Positions 1 to 15,000 are shown, counted from the stretch's first letter. The stretch: DNA of 59,451 nt from Tubiluchus corallicola (GCA_030141605.1 JAQGDQ010001147.1:1-59451), one strand, 5' to 3'. Notes: a model not told the origin generated them from the sequence alone. Made by a program: numbers and translations.

Positions 1-26
1 TAGTCGTTTTGAAATATTTGGTGGCT

Positions 27-73
27 TCATAAATGTGTGATTTCAGGTATGTCACTTGCATATCGGTGTACGT
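27..73 (-). CDS. ABCA1: Probable ABCA terminal coding exon ([15 protein letters not shown])
   Basis: Pyrimidine-rich CAG acceptor at 76-74, phase matches the upstream donor, ends in a class I PDZ-type motif T-H-L. Confidence 0.7.
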
Positions 74-3000
74 CTGAAACATAATACCAAAATAAAGATA
101 ATTACCTATTATCATTTGAGGTTATGTGAACTTTAGAAGTCTTTGGAAATATTACAAGTCTTACAACAGTTCCATGGTAAAAAATCAATTTGAAAAAACA
201 ATATTGGATCTTCAATATCTGTGATCACCTGTGATTAGTAATATTGGAAATGATAAAACCAAAAATTTCCGTTAATTCGTGTTCACATAAACTTAATAAT
301 ACAGTAACAATGTAATGGACCTTTATCCCCTAATTAAGGCTTTTTCATAACATACAAAACTTTAGCACATAACTTTATAAAAAACTTACTTTATTATAAA
401 TCCTGCATAAGCCTATCTGCGATTACGGTAAAAATACTATGGTTATTTTGCAACAGATTACAAAATATTACTTATGAGGTTGCAAACTTACGTATAGGCA
501 GTCTGTCTTTACTGCTACACATCTCAGGATTCACACTGCTTGCATGCTTCATGAGGTCTGATGGTGTGGTGGATGGACTCACATCTATCTCATCATCTAA
601 TAAGTCTGTTTGCAACTGTGCAAAGTTGACAAAAACCTGAATAAAGACAAGTGCATGTTAGCCTGGACTAAACCATGTTACAGTAAAATTTGAAAGAAAA
701 ATCATTTTATGCATTGAAGAGCCTAGATTTTTCACTATCTTGTTAGATTAAGGCTCTTTTACTGGTCTGATCTTGAGCTATGTCTTGATACACTGTGGAC
801 CATGATTCCCCACTGGCAGATCTTTAGCAGCTTCTAGCATAAATTTCTAACTCTGGAAAGCCAGCATGCCTCTGTGGTGAAGTGCTTAGTAAAGCAGAAG
901 GCATGAATGCAAGTCACAGTGGAGATGCAAAAATTGCTCAAACTTTCAAATTTAGTATAGTTATTGCACATTTATTACATTGTCATACTGTGTACCAGTA
1001 TTTGAAAAAAATGTGAGCATAAACAGTGCTGGCGAGGTATGATAAATTATAACACTATTTATGACTACAGCACCATTAAATGGCACTAATGCATAGGCTA
1101 AAGCCATGGCCTATTTCAGGGGAGGGGGGAGTGGGGATACTCCAGGGGGGCCTCGCACGAATGTAACATTTTTTTGCTTTATGCGAACATACTGCCTCCT
1201 CTGTCACTCTCCCTCTCTTCCCGCACGCGCGCCGTTTGCCAGTATTGACAAGTATTAAGGACTGGTCTTGAGAATAAAGCAGTTTTTCTTTCAATCGTTC
1301 TTTCCTTTAACAACTGTATAACTCCATATTTTCTCTTCGAAAATGCTTCTCCGACGTTCTAGCAGTTCAAAAATTTTCTGGGTATCAATCGTGGTGGCGC
1401 CCCCCTCACACGCCCCACTTCCCCGGGCCTCGTTTAGGCTGAAATATGCCCTGACTAAAGCATAACACCATTTACAATAATAACTCATTTTATAATATGG
1501 ATACTTATGCAAAATAGTACTGAGACTGAAAAATACCTGATCTAAAGTTGTCTGACTAACAGAATAGTCTTCTATTGAATACTGTCTACGAGCAGACTCC
1601 ATTGTACGGAACAATACAGACAAAGACAGCTGTTGAGAAGGCAGTTGATATTGAAGCTGATTATGATGTTGTTCCTAAACCAAAAACAAGAAAATTAATA
1701 AAAATAAGTAAATAAGATTTGCTAATAATTGTCACTTATCAATGAGTTTGCATAGTTTTCCTTTCCAATGTTGTAAAGATTTCCAATTATTTTAGATCTG
1801 TTAGTGTGATAAGCAATAACAATATGAAATTTTACATCAAAACAAACTGGAGAGACTTTTAAGGTTAGCTTGTTTGTTCCAAACTAAAAATATTTACATG
1901 ATGAGCAAGTAATTATTTAGGACTTTAGCAAGTTACTAAAGTTACTACACCTACATATAACATGTAACATCTTTGTTATAACAAACACAAAATTCATACT
2001 AGGAGCAGTTTTTTACAAAACACCTTAAAACAAAAAATCATTATTTGAATTTTGTTATTACTAGCAGTGAAGTAAAACTTAAGCAGTATTAGAGTAAGAT
2101 ACAAGCAGCAGTCATTAACAAAGCAAAATAAAAGTAGTAGCGAAGTAAGATGACAAAAATAATCAATGCAGCAAATACATAAAAGTAACAAAACACATGC
2201 AAAATACAGTGAATAACGAAGTAAATATTAAGCAGTAATGTTTTAAGGCAGACTTTCTAATTTATAATTAGGGTTGGTGGATTACTCTTACTTTTAAAAT
2301 TGCACCAGGAAAGCTTGTTACTACAAAATGCTTTACTGGTCCAAGATCAGGCCAGTCACCAGATACCCTTATGATCAACGTATATCCTTCACCAAACCTG
2401 AAATTAATAAAAAATATATAATGTAGGTGCAAAGTGCAACAAGGTTTGAAAATGCAAATTAATATGAAAGTCTGTCAAACAAATTGCGTGAAAAACGACA
2501 AATAACTGAAATGAATTATTTGAATAATTCAACTGTCCAATTTGAAAAGTAACTGAGCAGTACCTTCTACGTAACTTGCAAGGAGTCATATAAAATATCT
2601 GCAAAATAGCGATTTACAGAAAACACTTGCAAACTCAGGTACTTTGGTGACTTTTCAACATTTTTGTAAGAACTTATCATTACATGCTAACACAATTGAT
2701 AATCTATCATTTTACATCACCTCACCACAAATTTAATCAGTCAATGGAGTCTTATACCTTATAGGTATACTAACGTATTAGAAATTTAATTTTAAGCCAG
2801 CAATTCAGACTTGACTGGTCGAATATTCTATCAATCCACTAGTCTACCAGGCTACTCACATATGGCTGAGGGGGACTTGACAACGATGTTTTCCGTAAAT
2901 TGGTGGCTAGTGGTCAAGAAATTCAGTATTTACTAGACCTTGTTTACTAGAATTGAAACTATCAGGTTTAGCTGTTGCCAAAGATCCAGACCAGAAGTGT

Positions 3001-6000
3001 GAATATATGAAAACCCGATTCTTCAGAATGCAGATTATGGGAATTGTTTCATTGTCTCAAAACGTTGGCTAACTCAGGAAAACCGAATTAAGTGATAAAG
3101 TGCTAAACACATGACAAAAAACATAAAATATATTATTACAACATACAAACTAAAAATATGGTCATGCACTCGAAAGCAGCATAACATTACATAAGTGTAC
3201 AAGTCACCCAAAAATTTAGGATGCTAAGGATGTTGCAGGTTCTCTTATTTTTACACTGTTAACATCTTGAGACCTTCGGAGAGTGATATCACATGAGGTA
3301 AAGAAGTTATTTTCTACCAGCATACCTATTTTTAAGATGCTGCGTGCTCCCGAGACATTTGAAAGTACCATTTACCATGATGGCTAATCTTGTACAAAGA
3401 GCTTCACACTCTTCCATACTGAAACAGAAAGCTGATATAAAAAACTGTTTACCAAACTTTGTTTATAGTAATAGTTTCCATGTGCAAAGGTGCATGCTAA
3501 CTGAGATATTTATGTTATTAAGACAAAATCAGATGTACGAAATTTGTAGCTATTATAAGGTTTATGTCAAGACTGTTGTATGGAACGACATTTCCGAAAA
3601 CTATAAAAGTAGCAACAAGGTTCAGTAGCGTCTACAAAGTACTACATCAGTACTGAAAAGTCTTACCTGTGTGAAGTTAAGATAACAGATCTGCTATCTT
3701 TTACAATAGACAGGATACAATTCCACAAAAATCTTCTTGATTTTGGATCCATGCCTGTGGTCGGTTCATCCTATAAGCATAAAGGAAGTATATCTTTACA
3801 TAAATGTTAAAGTTTTATGAAAATGAACAACAAAATATTAATAATCTAAAATTAGCTACCTACCAACCGTAATATTAAGTATTATGGCAAAATTAAAAAA
3901 TATCTAACACAAGTAATACTGAATCTCTGATAGCAAAAACACCAAATCCAAAGGTTTAAGTGGCTTTTAGTCATGAATTAGTTATAATTACAGGTAATTA
4001 TGATTAAAAATGACATTTTTTTGTAATTATTCGCCTCACAACTAAACCTATTACTCCAAGAATAGAGTTTGTTTCTAAATTTTATGACAATGCTGAACTG
4101 AGCCAACAGAAGTATTTTAAATCTGTGATGCAGCAGATTCGGACAAAGAAAGTAAAGCAAGTATCTTTCAAGAGTTGTACAATAAATGTCAATAAACATA
4201 ACTGCAGAAAAAATAACTACATCAACAAATTCGAGTCGATAAACAGGAACACTGAATTTACTGAAATCAGTAAAGTAAACCAAAACTGACCAACAAAAGT
4301 TAGTAATCTGAGTTCTTTATGTTAAACTGATTACATTCAGGAAAGCGTAAGGGTTATAATAAGTGCATTAGTACCAGGAAAATAACTGGTGGATTTCCAA
4401 TAAGAGCAATGGCCGTTGACAACTTTCTTTTATTTCCTCCAGAATAAGTTCTAGCGGGTTTAGATTCATACTCTTTTAATCCCAGGCGCCGTATGCCCCA
4501 ATCAGCAACCTATAATATCAGAAAAATTTCGGAGAAAAATTAATGAACTGAAAATATGTGCAATCTGAAATAAAGCTGAGCAAATTGCACTATTAAGCCA
4601 TTGTCTATGGAAAGTTAAAAAGATCTCAACGTGACCATTATTACCTGCATACAGAAAATGCCTTGAATGCAGACACATGCAGGACCTATTTCAGGGGGGG
4701 GGAAGTGGGGATACTTCCCCGGGTCCTCACCTTTCAGGGGGGCCTCGCGCCAAGGTAACATTTTTTTGTTGTTTTTGATTTGACTATTTGACAAGTATTA
4801 AGGACTGGTCTTGAGAATAAAGCAGTTTTTCTTTCAATTGTTCTTTCCTTTAACAACTGTATAACTCCATATTTTCTCTTCGAAACTGCTTCTCCGGCGT
4901 TCTAGCAGTTCAAAAATTTTCACACGCCTCACACGCCCCACTTCCCCGGGCCTCGCTTACGCTGAAATACGCCCTGGACACATGTAATATAAAAATTAAT
5001 CAGAGTATTAATAATGATAAGATCACGTCTGCTTTGCTGTGGGATTTTATGTTAACTGATCAGTGATCAGGTAAGACAGTCACTATTCCCATGTGTTAAA
5101 AAAGGTTCGTTCCATACGTTTATCATTGCTTAAAAGTAGCAATACCTCTTTGACTTGTGCTTCAGGAATTCCACGAAGACGAGCATAGAACTGCAAGTGT
5201 TCAGCTCCAGTCAACAAAGGACATAATGCATCAAACTGTGGACAGTAACCAAGATCTTGATGTACTTTTTCCAAGTGTGATAAAATGCTAAAAACAAGAA
5301 GCATATAACAGTTTTTAAAAAAACAGGTAAAAAATCCAGTGTGTACCAAAATTTTTAAAGAAAAACTATGGTAACTACTTACACTATCAATACAGAAATT
5401 ACTGCACACATCAGCACATTCTGCAAGCAAAGTGCAAGTTTTTTCATAAAACATTTGTGCTTTCTTTCATAAAACATGTGTGCTTTCTTTCATAAAACAT
5501 GTGTGCTTTCTCTATATACAATTACACTTTCCATGCACAAGATAGGTTTTTACCTAAAATCATTCAGGAAGGCATTTCCAGCATCAACAGCAATATCTCC
5601 AGTCAGCATTTTAAATGTAGTTGTTTTACCAGCTCCATTTACACCAAGAAGACCAAAGCACTCGCCTTTGGGCACACCCAGACATAATCTATCCACTGCT
5701 GTTAGTTTTCCTTTCTTAATCTCGAAAACCTGTTAGACGCAATTAATCTTTAATTAAAAAAACATAATAGTTGCTCAAAATTAAGGTGAGAAGCCTAAAC
5801 ATTGCTTGATTAATTGTTACCATTACACAATATTGCTAAAAAGAATGCACTATTAGAAACTATCATAAGTTATTGTATGCCTTGTGTTCATTCATTTATC
5901 ATATAACTTTATAACAAACTAAATAACATATTTTATATGTTATTTTAGTACAAGAGTTCAAGAGTTTATGCGTAGGTTATAGCAAATAAACTAACTATAA

Positions 6001-9000
6001 ACTTTATATAGCATACTAATTTAGTGTCTCCAAAAAAAGCTAGAAGTCAAAATAAAAATAAAAAAGCAATTAAGTGAGGAGTATCCTATAAAATTCACAA
6101 AAACCCTCCGTATACTATACCTTGGTTAGCTCTTTTAGCAAAAGCATGGAATCTCCAGCTTGTCCACTCATAACTCTTTCTCTTTCTCGCATCACATCTT
6201 CATCCTCCGGTTCAAATGTAATTGCTTCCCGTGGACCAACTGCCCTGGAATTAGTGTAATCAGAAGAATGTTATTTGTTAAGCAAACCTGCAAATGATAA
6301 CAACATCTTGAAAGAAGTACTTAGTAAGGCAATTGGTTCACTTTTCCACACAGTTAGCATTTGTAATACCAAAATGTATGAGTTTGTGCTACAAAACTAG
6401 TAAAATTTTCAGTACGTACTTTGGTCTCCAAAAAAATCTGTACTGACATAACAGATTAAATGCAAAAAATCCAAATCCTTCTACAATCATTGCCACTATA
6501 TTCCGTCCAAGGAACTCCCACTGAAAAGGATTCTTCCACACATACTCTCCATACTGGGCAAACGTGTCAAGAAGAATTTGATTTATGGCCATGTCCAAGA
6601 GTCCTCGCCCCAAACAGTAATGTGGAAAAATAAGGAATATTCGCATTAGGTAGTAGTTGATCTGGTCCAAACTCTGAAAAATACTCATTTATTTTACTAT
6701 CTAAACTTCTTGCGGGCAGTATGTTAGCAGTATTTTGACTTGTTAGCAGTATTTCTGCAAGAACGAGTTCTGGAACACCATGTGTAACTAAGTGCAATTG
6801 TTACTAAACAGACTTGGGGTGCTACTTAACTGTCATAACCAGGTACATGTAGTCAACACCCATCTGTTCGTTTTGCTCTTAGTTACATTTTAATTAATTC
6901 AACATATTTCAGATTATTAATAATTATGACAGTAATTAATTTAACAATAACGTTAGTTTTCTGGGCACTGAGATTATTTACAGCTGGACATTTTTTATTT
7001 TTTATTTGCAGCCCAATGGAACCACTAATGTCTGAAACGAAACTGAGGGTGTTAATGATGCCAGAGGGTTGCAAGTGAAAAACCAAAGGACGCAAATGTT
7101 CACAATGCTTTAAAAAGTGATAAGTGATTGTAAATATTACCAATATTAACTTCACTTAAAACAGGATAAATTTATTCACCACAAATTTCTATTTAGTAAT
7201 ACAGTAGGCACCGCCTAATAGACTCAAGGTTAATAAACTCAATCGCTTAATTGACTCAAAAACGTATTTTATTGGCCGCTTCTATTTACATGTACATAAA
7301 TTGTCGGTAATTGACTCAAATAAGTCCGCATAATTGACTCAGTATTTTTCCTTCACGTACTTAAAATAAGACATTTGTATGTGTCCAAAAAGCCTTTGCT
7401 ACCTTTATGTCATCTTCGCTGTGCTTTTGTGCACTATAATATATGTAGTATCAATCATATTGAATACTGTTTTGTTTGTAAGCAGGTACGTTTATCATGT
7501 GCTGCTAGCGTAGCAGTTTTGCTTTGAATCTGTTACCCACTGGTCCACTGCAATTAACCTCGTTACCTAAGAATTTCTGGAAGCTAAACATTTGATCACT
7601 TGTCTAGCAGTTCCCCTTAAAGCTCTTGTTGCAAATCAAGCTTTCTCGCTTAATCAGTCAGCAGCCAAAGATGCAGGCACAGTAATCAGCCAGTATTCCT
7701 TGTGACATAGGGTTCGAGCATAGAGTTAAGAAGTCTGGAAAACTGCAACTCAAGCACACCAAGGCCTAAATGTTTTTTTGAGAATACATGCATCACACAA
7801 CAACAGATTTTCAACTTTTCATAATTATGAGAACTTTGTGAGCTAAATCTTCACGATAAAGCGAAGCAACCAACTTTGAAGAAATTTTTGTAAGTTTTGC
7901 AAATAAACAGACTTGTGTGTTTTTTAAAAGTATACTTTTCAACTTATTACTATTTTAAAATATATTTTTTTTAAAATATTTAACTGCACAAAGAAATTTA
8001 GGCATCACTTCGTTTTAAAATACATTTAAAACCATTGCAGTGCATACTAAGCTGATGACTCATAAGGTAATACGATCCCCATTCACAAAGTAATACTATG
8101 CCCATCGGTTAATAGGTTCAGTCGGTTAATTAGGTCAAAATAGTTCGGTTCCAAAGTGAGTCTATTAAGCGAAGCCTACTGTAATACCAAAGAATTTCAG
8201 TACATTTGCTGCTAATAACAATCGCAGTTAAAAGTCGTTAATACTTCTTTATGACGACGGACTGTTTCATTAATGCCTGTTGCTAATGCCGACAGGATAT
8301 TAATGGTCCATGATGTTGGGTGATTCTCTATTATGACTACGATTAAGGGCCGGCCTTAAGTATAGGCAAACTAGGCAACCGCCTAGGGCCTCACCCTCCA
8401 GGGGGGCCTCACGCCGAGGTAACATACATTATAGTTTTTAATAAATTGCGTAATTTTATTTTTTTCGTATTTATTTTTTATTTTTTTATTTCATTTGGGG
8501 CCACCAAATTCACTTCACCTAGGGCCTCCAATTACCTAAGGCCGACCCTGTACGATTGTTTAAATAGTACCTGTGTTTTGTACATTAATACAGCTCCCAT
8601 TGTAACAATCATACTAATAATTATTGACTTAAATACTAAATAACTGTTCCCCTGCAAGGTTGATCATAGTCCAGCCTTACCTCGATACCAAGGCTTTCTA
8701 GAATAAAGGTAGCACAGGTACCAACGACTCCTATGAATAAGTTTACACAAGATAAAACCACAAAGGCTGTGCTAGGAACATTAAAGATAAAACTTGCGGG
8801 GTACATCATGGGTATGATCGACCATCTGCAAAAAATCATCAGCAAAAATTATTTATTGGTGTAAAACTAATTATATTTTTTATAACAAGACTGTTCAGTT
8901 TTGTTGAGTACGTTAATACACCATTCCTACACAGAAACTAAGTAAACTATCTGTCAGACTAAACCATTTAGTCTCTTAATTGACTTGATGAAAACAGACA

Positions 9001-12000
9001 TAAAATTGAACAGATTTCCAAATTAGTGGAGATAATGGTGATCTACATCTTTTAAAATTTAAATTTTTATCAGCATAACAAGTGAAATTACACACAAGGA
9101 TTCAGGTTCAATCTCAATTTTTACAGTCAGGTGTGTATAGGTCTCCAATATATGCCCAGCCTACTAGGAAGTCTAACCAATTCCATATTAGTTTACTTGT
9201 GGTAATTATTATGAAAACACCAAGTGTGTTATAATGAGTATGGCAATTTATTGTTTTGGTGTTGCTGTGTGCCTGCCCCACCACAGAAGGGGTGACTGAG
9301 TTTCTGCTCCCCGATAAGGAATTACAGGAGGATTAGAAATGGAATAACAGACTGGAAATCATATGCTTTCAGTCATTGCTTATTTTAGGTGTAGAGCCCA
9401 GTAGTTCTTCAAATGACAAGTTCTTCACAAATTTCTAAGACAATAATGTACAAGAATTAAATAGCAAAAATTTAAATTAAAATTAGCTCATTGCAATGTT
9501 CCATTTGGTCATGTTTAATTCTTTATGATCGATTCTGGCACGTTTTTACTAATGAAGAGATTCACATGTCGAGAAAGACGTACTTTCCACCAAAAGTAAT
9601 GAGTGTCTTACCAGTTTTCCATTATCTTGCATTGAGAGCCTTTCTCTTTTTAGTTTGTATGGAGCATTTTTAATTGATCCCATTATGAGTTCAATTATTT
9701 TTTGAAATGGGATTAAAATTAGTATGTCTGATGACATAATGAAACAGATACTCTGAACCAACTCACCCATAAAGTATCATAAGTGCTAGCAGAGCAGGAA
9801 AGTTGTCAGCTGATACATAAGCTTCTTGGTTGAATATGAGAAATATGATGATGCATAGTACACAGGATATCATGTGGTTGCACTAAAAATGAGCAAAAAA
9901 ATTTTCAACAAAAACCAATTGTTAACTACCACAGAAAGCAATAGTTCTCACTCTAGTATTAACAACAAGTGTTTTTTTAAATATCTGTTTTAAAGTTTCA
10001 CACTGGTGAGCATGATCAAGTAATATCAATCAAAACCAGGCAATAGTAACACCTCAAAGAGTAACCCTCTGTTGCATTGCTTCCTGTTTGCATTCTCACA
10101 ATTGCATGCTCAATCATGTCTTGCACAAACGAAAACCCATAAAATATGTACTTCAAGTCTGACTGTGGATCCCGTCTTGGCCGCATGCTGTAATATCTAT
10201 TAGAAATAAGTATGAATGAATTACATGTACCCATCATGTGCAAGTGGTTAAAAAATCAAAATGTCACATCACCGTCACCATCTTATAATTGTAAAATCAA
10301 ACAGAAAATTCTGCTCCATTAGCTGTTCCAACATATAGGCTAATATTGCTCAAGACTTAAAATTCTTTTAACAATCTAATTCGAAATATGAAGATCAGTG
10401 TTTGCATAGAGACTAGTACTGGCCTTGATCTTGTAGAGATCACAACATTTTTAAGTCTCGTTCTCAGTAAGAATCAAGACAACTGTGGTAAAGATAAAAC
10501 TGATAAACAATTTTAATATTATACATTTTCAAAACATATAGAGGTTATAAAAACTAACTACAGGCTGTTTAAAACTCGATACATTTAATAGTAATGTGGG
10601 CACTATGACAGTGCAGTAGTGGACTCCATAAATCTATAATCTTGTGTTTGCTTGCTAGCAGGTTGATTGTACATGCACGGACCTATACTGATTGCAGACT
10701 GCAGAGTTGTGTGTAGCACAGCATTAGACGTCATTAGTTAGCCCAGTGTGTGTGAGTGTGTGTGTGGGGGGGGGGGACGTGAAACAGATAACATGCTCTT
10801 CTGTTTGAATGTTTATGCCAGGACAGGAGCATAGCCTGTCTTCTCTTTTTATCCTTGCCCATCTTCTAGTCTCAATAGCTAGGTTATGTGAGGAGAGGCA
10901 TAACCGAGATGTTTTAATCCTATGGAGCTCATTTATTTTAACACTATACATTGCACTGACAGACAGTTTGGGATTCTGATAGAGATAGGTGCACAGTTTA
11001 GTTCTTTCGGAATCCCTGATATGTTGTTTTGTGTTCTCGAGTTCGTCAGAGATAATATGTGTTTTACGAAGGATAACTTTCACATATTGTACACATGGTG
11101 TATTCGCTTCCGAGCACAAATTTCACACGATTGAAAATGGGTCATCGGGCTCGTTGGCTCTCGATTCGAATACATAACCACTTTTAACTAGTTCATTAAT
11201 ATATAGCTACGCGTCAGTCTTTTTCTTTTAATCAAATACACATTGATACATAAAGATTTAGTCAAATATGTCTTTAAATATTTAATCACATATTAATAGA
11301 ACTTTTTCATTAAAATATTTGCATATAATTGATTCATTGCTGCAACTGTGCATGTCCTCCAACTGGGCCTGTACGGTACACAATAAATCAGCAATGCAAG
11401 ACAGTACAGAATTAAAACAGATACCAAACAATCTTAATTTTTGTGCAGAAGAACAAACACTGGACTTACCCTTATAAAGGGCACAGGGTTTAGAGCAGAA
11501 TTTAGCACATTAGTTACAGTGCTGTCAGATAGAGGAATGTTTTTATCTTTGATGAAGCTCCTGATTACATCTGGATCATTCAAAAAATTTTTGATTGGTG
11601 TCTCGCTATCTGGAAAGTAATGCATATTTCAGTAACAAAGTAATTTATACTCTGACGAATGAAAGTTACTTTAATTTAAAGGACACTATAAAAGAATTTC
11701 AAGCAAGTTAATAAGAATTAGTTTGCAACTTAGCTTACAGATAACGGAAACTATATTCTACAAACAACATTACTTTAGAAAAACATATTATATGAAATAA
11801 TAATTTGTAAGACTATTATAGAAAGCAAATTATATGTAAATTATGTAAGCAAATGTAAGCAATTATAGGCAAATATGTTCAAATTATTAGAAGTAAATTC
11901 TCATATTAAAAAATCTACAAAATTGGTTTAACATTTGTCATTTAGAAATTTAAAGTCTTAAATTTGAATTTAACTGAAACATGAATTTGCATTAGGGCGA

Positions 12001-15000
12001 CTTATTAATAATATTTCACTAAAAACATGAAATACTGCAACTGAAAGATCCATGAGGTAGAAAAATAAATTTAAAAAATCTTTATTTCATAAGATGCTAA
12101 AGTAGATGATTTACATAATGTTTTGTATGACTGACTTTATGTGACGTGGTAAATATCAACACAAAAATAAGTTTTCCCTTTTGTTCTGATAACTGTTAGA
12201 GACCTAATAAAGCCAACCAGGCAAAACACATTATACACAAAAATTTATAAATGAATTTACAATATAACCTTATCAACAAATATATAACAAACATAGGCCT
12301 ATATACAAACAACTGTGTCTTCTAGCACAAACTAGAAAACCTTTTGAAAATAGTAATGTCTTAATGAGGTTGATAGCTTGCCACACTATTGTAAATCATT
12401 CAACTTCGAGTGTAATATACTTATGTATATATTATGTATTTATTTTAGCAGAAATTTTATTTTTTTTATTGAAATTTGGGATTTGCTTAGCATAAAGTGA
12501 ATTGCAGATAGCTGCACAAAGAAAGTTTTCCGATACTAATGCGAGTTCTACTGAATTAAATTTTACATTTGGTTTAGCTTATATTTAATTTATTTGTAAT
12601 TAACAAATGTAAAATATGCTATAGATTTGCAAGGGCTCCAAAATTGCAAAATTGCACAAAATGTTTTGCACTTCTAAAGTCCTGTTGTGTGTGAACATTT
12701 CTGAAAGTCTTGCAAAATTCTCCAGACTCTGGCAGACATGTGTTTCACAGCCACTCAATCCTGTCTTTTTCACCTTTATAGAACTAACCATTTCACATGG
12801 CTATTAATGCTATGTGAATTTTAATGCATAATCAAGAAGTCACATACCTGGCAGCTTGGCTGTTCCTTTATTGATCATTTGTGATAAAAGTCCAATAAAC
12901 ATTATATCTTCTCTTGCAATAAACAGTGGAGACAAATCTGCCTGATTTTCTTTAACTCCATTTATGTCATTTATCACATTAAATATCCTGAAAAAATAAA
13001 ATTTATTGCACATTCTCAAAGTTACTAGTTAGCAAAATGAAACTGTTTGTTTTAATACCTGTGAAAGTTGTAACTGTATATTTTAGGTGCTGCCATCTAT
13101 TGATTAGTCACTTTAACATTTTACTAGTTAAATTCATCCCTAGTACAATTGTTCGGTCCAGTGAATATGCAAACTCACTGGATCTCCCCTATTTTTACTG
13201 TAATGGGATATGCGAAGCCAAGTTTTTGCATAGTTCTCTACCTATATAAACTGCCTAGATTTCACTTCTAGCCACTGTCTAATTCTTCGTGATCGCTTGG
13301 TCCTCAGTGTAGTTTAGCAGTCATGTTACATATAACAATGCAGTGCAATAAAAGTGTTTCAGTTTTTGTGCTAACATGTAATATAGTGTTTAGTTGTTTT
13401 CTACAAGTGTTCAACTTCATAAATAACTTTCACAATACCTATTTGTAATTTGCTTAAGTTGATATACAGCACACGGCAATCAAATTTCAGAAATTGCAGA
13501 CAAATTATAGATATTTTTAGATGCATGAGTTAATGAGTATCCAATGGGAGAATTCTGTGACAATATTTTACATAACTATCAAGTTTGTTTACATTTATCT
13601 GGTTAGACAAAAGACATAGTACTCCACATTATGCACATTTGAGACTTAATATCATAACTAACTGACAAGTTTTCTCTTAAGATTACTATTGTATGTATTG
13701 GGTTTCTAAATTTATACTTTTGCATGTATTACGATTAGTAAGGCAATATAATGCCAAATGGGTAAGGACACAATTTTGCCATTAAAATCCAGCTATGGTG
13801 TAAATTCTATTTTTCTAATTAATTAATTAAAGTTCAAAAAAAGGCTAGTTGACAATGTTACTGACGTGATCAGAAACTGAAGATTTTGACAACAATAGTT
13901 GTAAAATTGAGCCTTAAAAATGAAGAGAAAATGAATATTTTCTTTTATTGGTTTGCTTGAATACATGGAAAGTGTATTTCACAGTAAAACCTCAGCATTT
14001 AACTGTTCAGCCCATCACCCGCGGGTCAAAGGTCAACAATCTTGGCATAACCTCGTTCAGTTTGTCTCATCGAGGCCTTTCATATCATATACAACAACCT
14101 CTTTTGGTAGACCCTGGAAGGCATTTGTTTCCTCGACCCCTATTTTGCCCCTAACTGGGTCACAGGTTAACAATTTACGCCGTAACCTATACCATTCAAT
14201 TCGCCTCATCAAGACCTTTCATTTCATATGCTGCGTGATACTATTCGTAGACACTCGATGCATTTCTGCTCCTGACCCCCCATTTTTCGGTTTTTGCCCC
14301 CTAGCGGGGTCGCGGATTAATTATTCTCCTTGAACCTATGCAATCTGCCTCAGTAAGACCTTTTATTTGATGTATAAGCTAGTTTCAGTTAACATTTAAA
14401 TGCATTTGTCTTCTGGACCCCTATTTTGCCCCTACTGAGGTCAGAGGTCAGAGGTCAACCAATCTCTGTTTTATTAATACAATTTTTTCCCATCGAGATG
14501 AATACCCTTTCATTTGATATGCTACAAGGTCGTCTCAGTCGACACTGGAAGGCATTTGTTTCCTCGACACTTATTTTGCCCCCTAGCGGGGTCGTAGGCT
14601 AACCATTCTCATTGCAACCAATGCCTTTGTATTCGCTCATTGTGGCCTTTCATATGATAAGTTACATGGTACTATTCATAGACACTCGATCCGTTCCTCT
14701 TACTATAACTCAAGATATTTCAAACAAAATAAAAATGTTTGAACAACATATAATCAATATGTCTCATTGAGACTTTTCATCTGATGTACTCTAAGCTACC
14801 TCGGTTGACTCTTGGATAAATTTGTCTTGTCGACCCCTATTTTGCCTAGGGTCACAAGTTAACGATTCACACTGTAACCTATATCATTTGATTCGTCTCA
14901 TCAAGACCGTTCATTTGTTATGTTCCATCGTACTATACGTAGACACTCCATGCATTTTTTGGTTTTTGCCTCCTAGCGAAAATTTTTTCCCCTGTCCAAA

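Noticed and set aside
863-905. Hairpin GCATGCCTCTG...CAGAAGGCATG as an intronic ncRNA
   Set aside because: Short stem with no box C/D or H/ACA support.
9883-11469. Missing ABCA exons hidden as divergent or micro-exons
   Set aside because: Only ~1.6 kb is available for more than 4 kb of missing coding sequence, and no NBD1 Walker motifs were seen anywhere else in the window on either strand.
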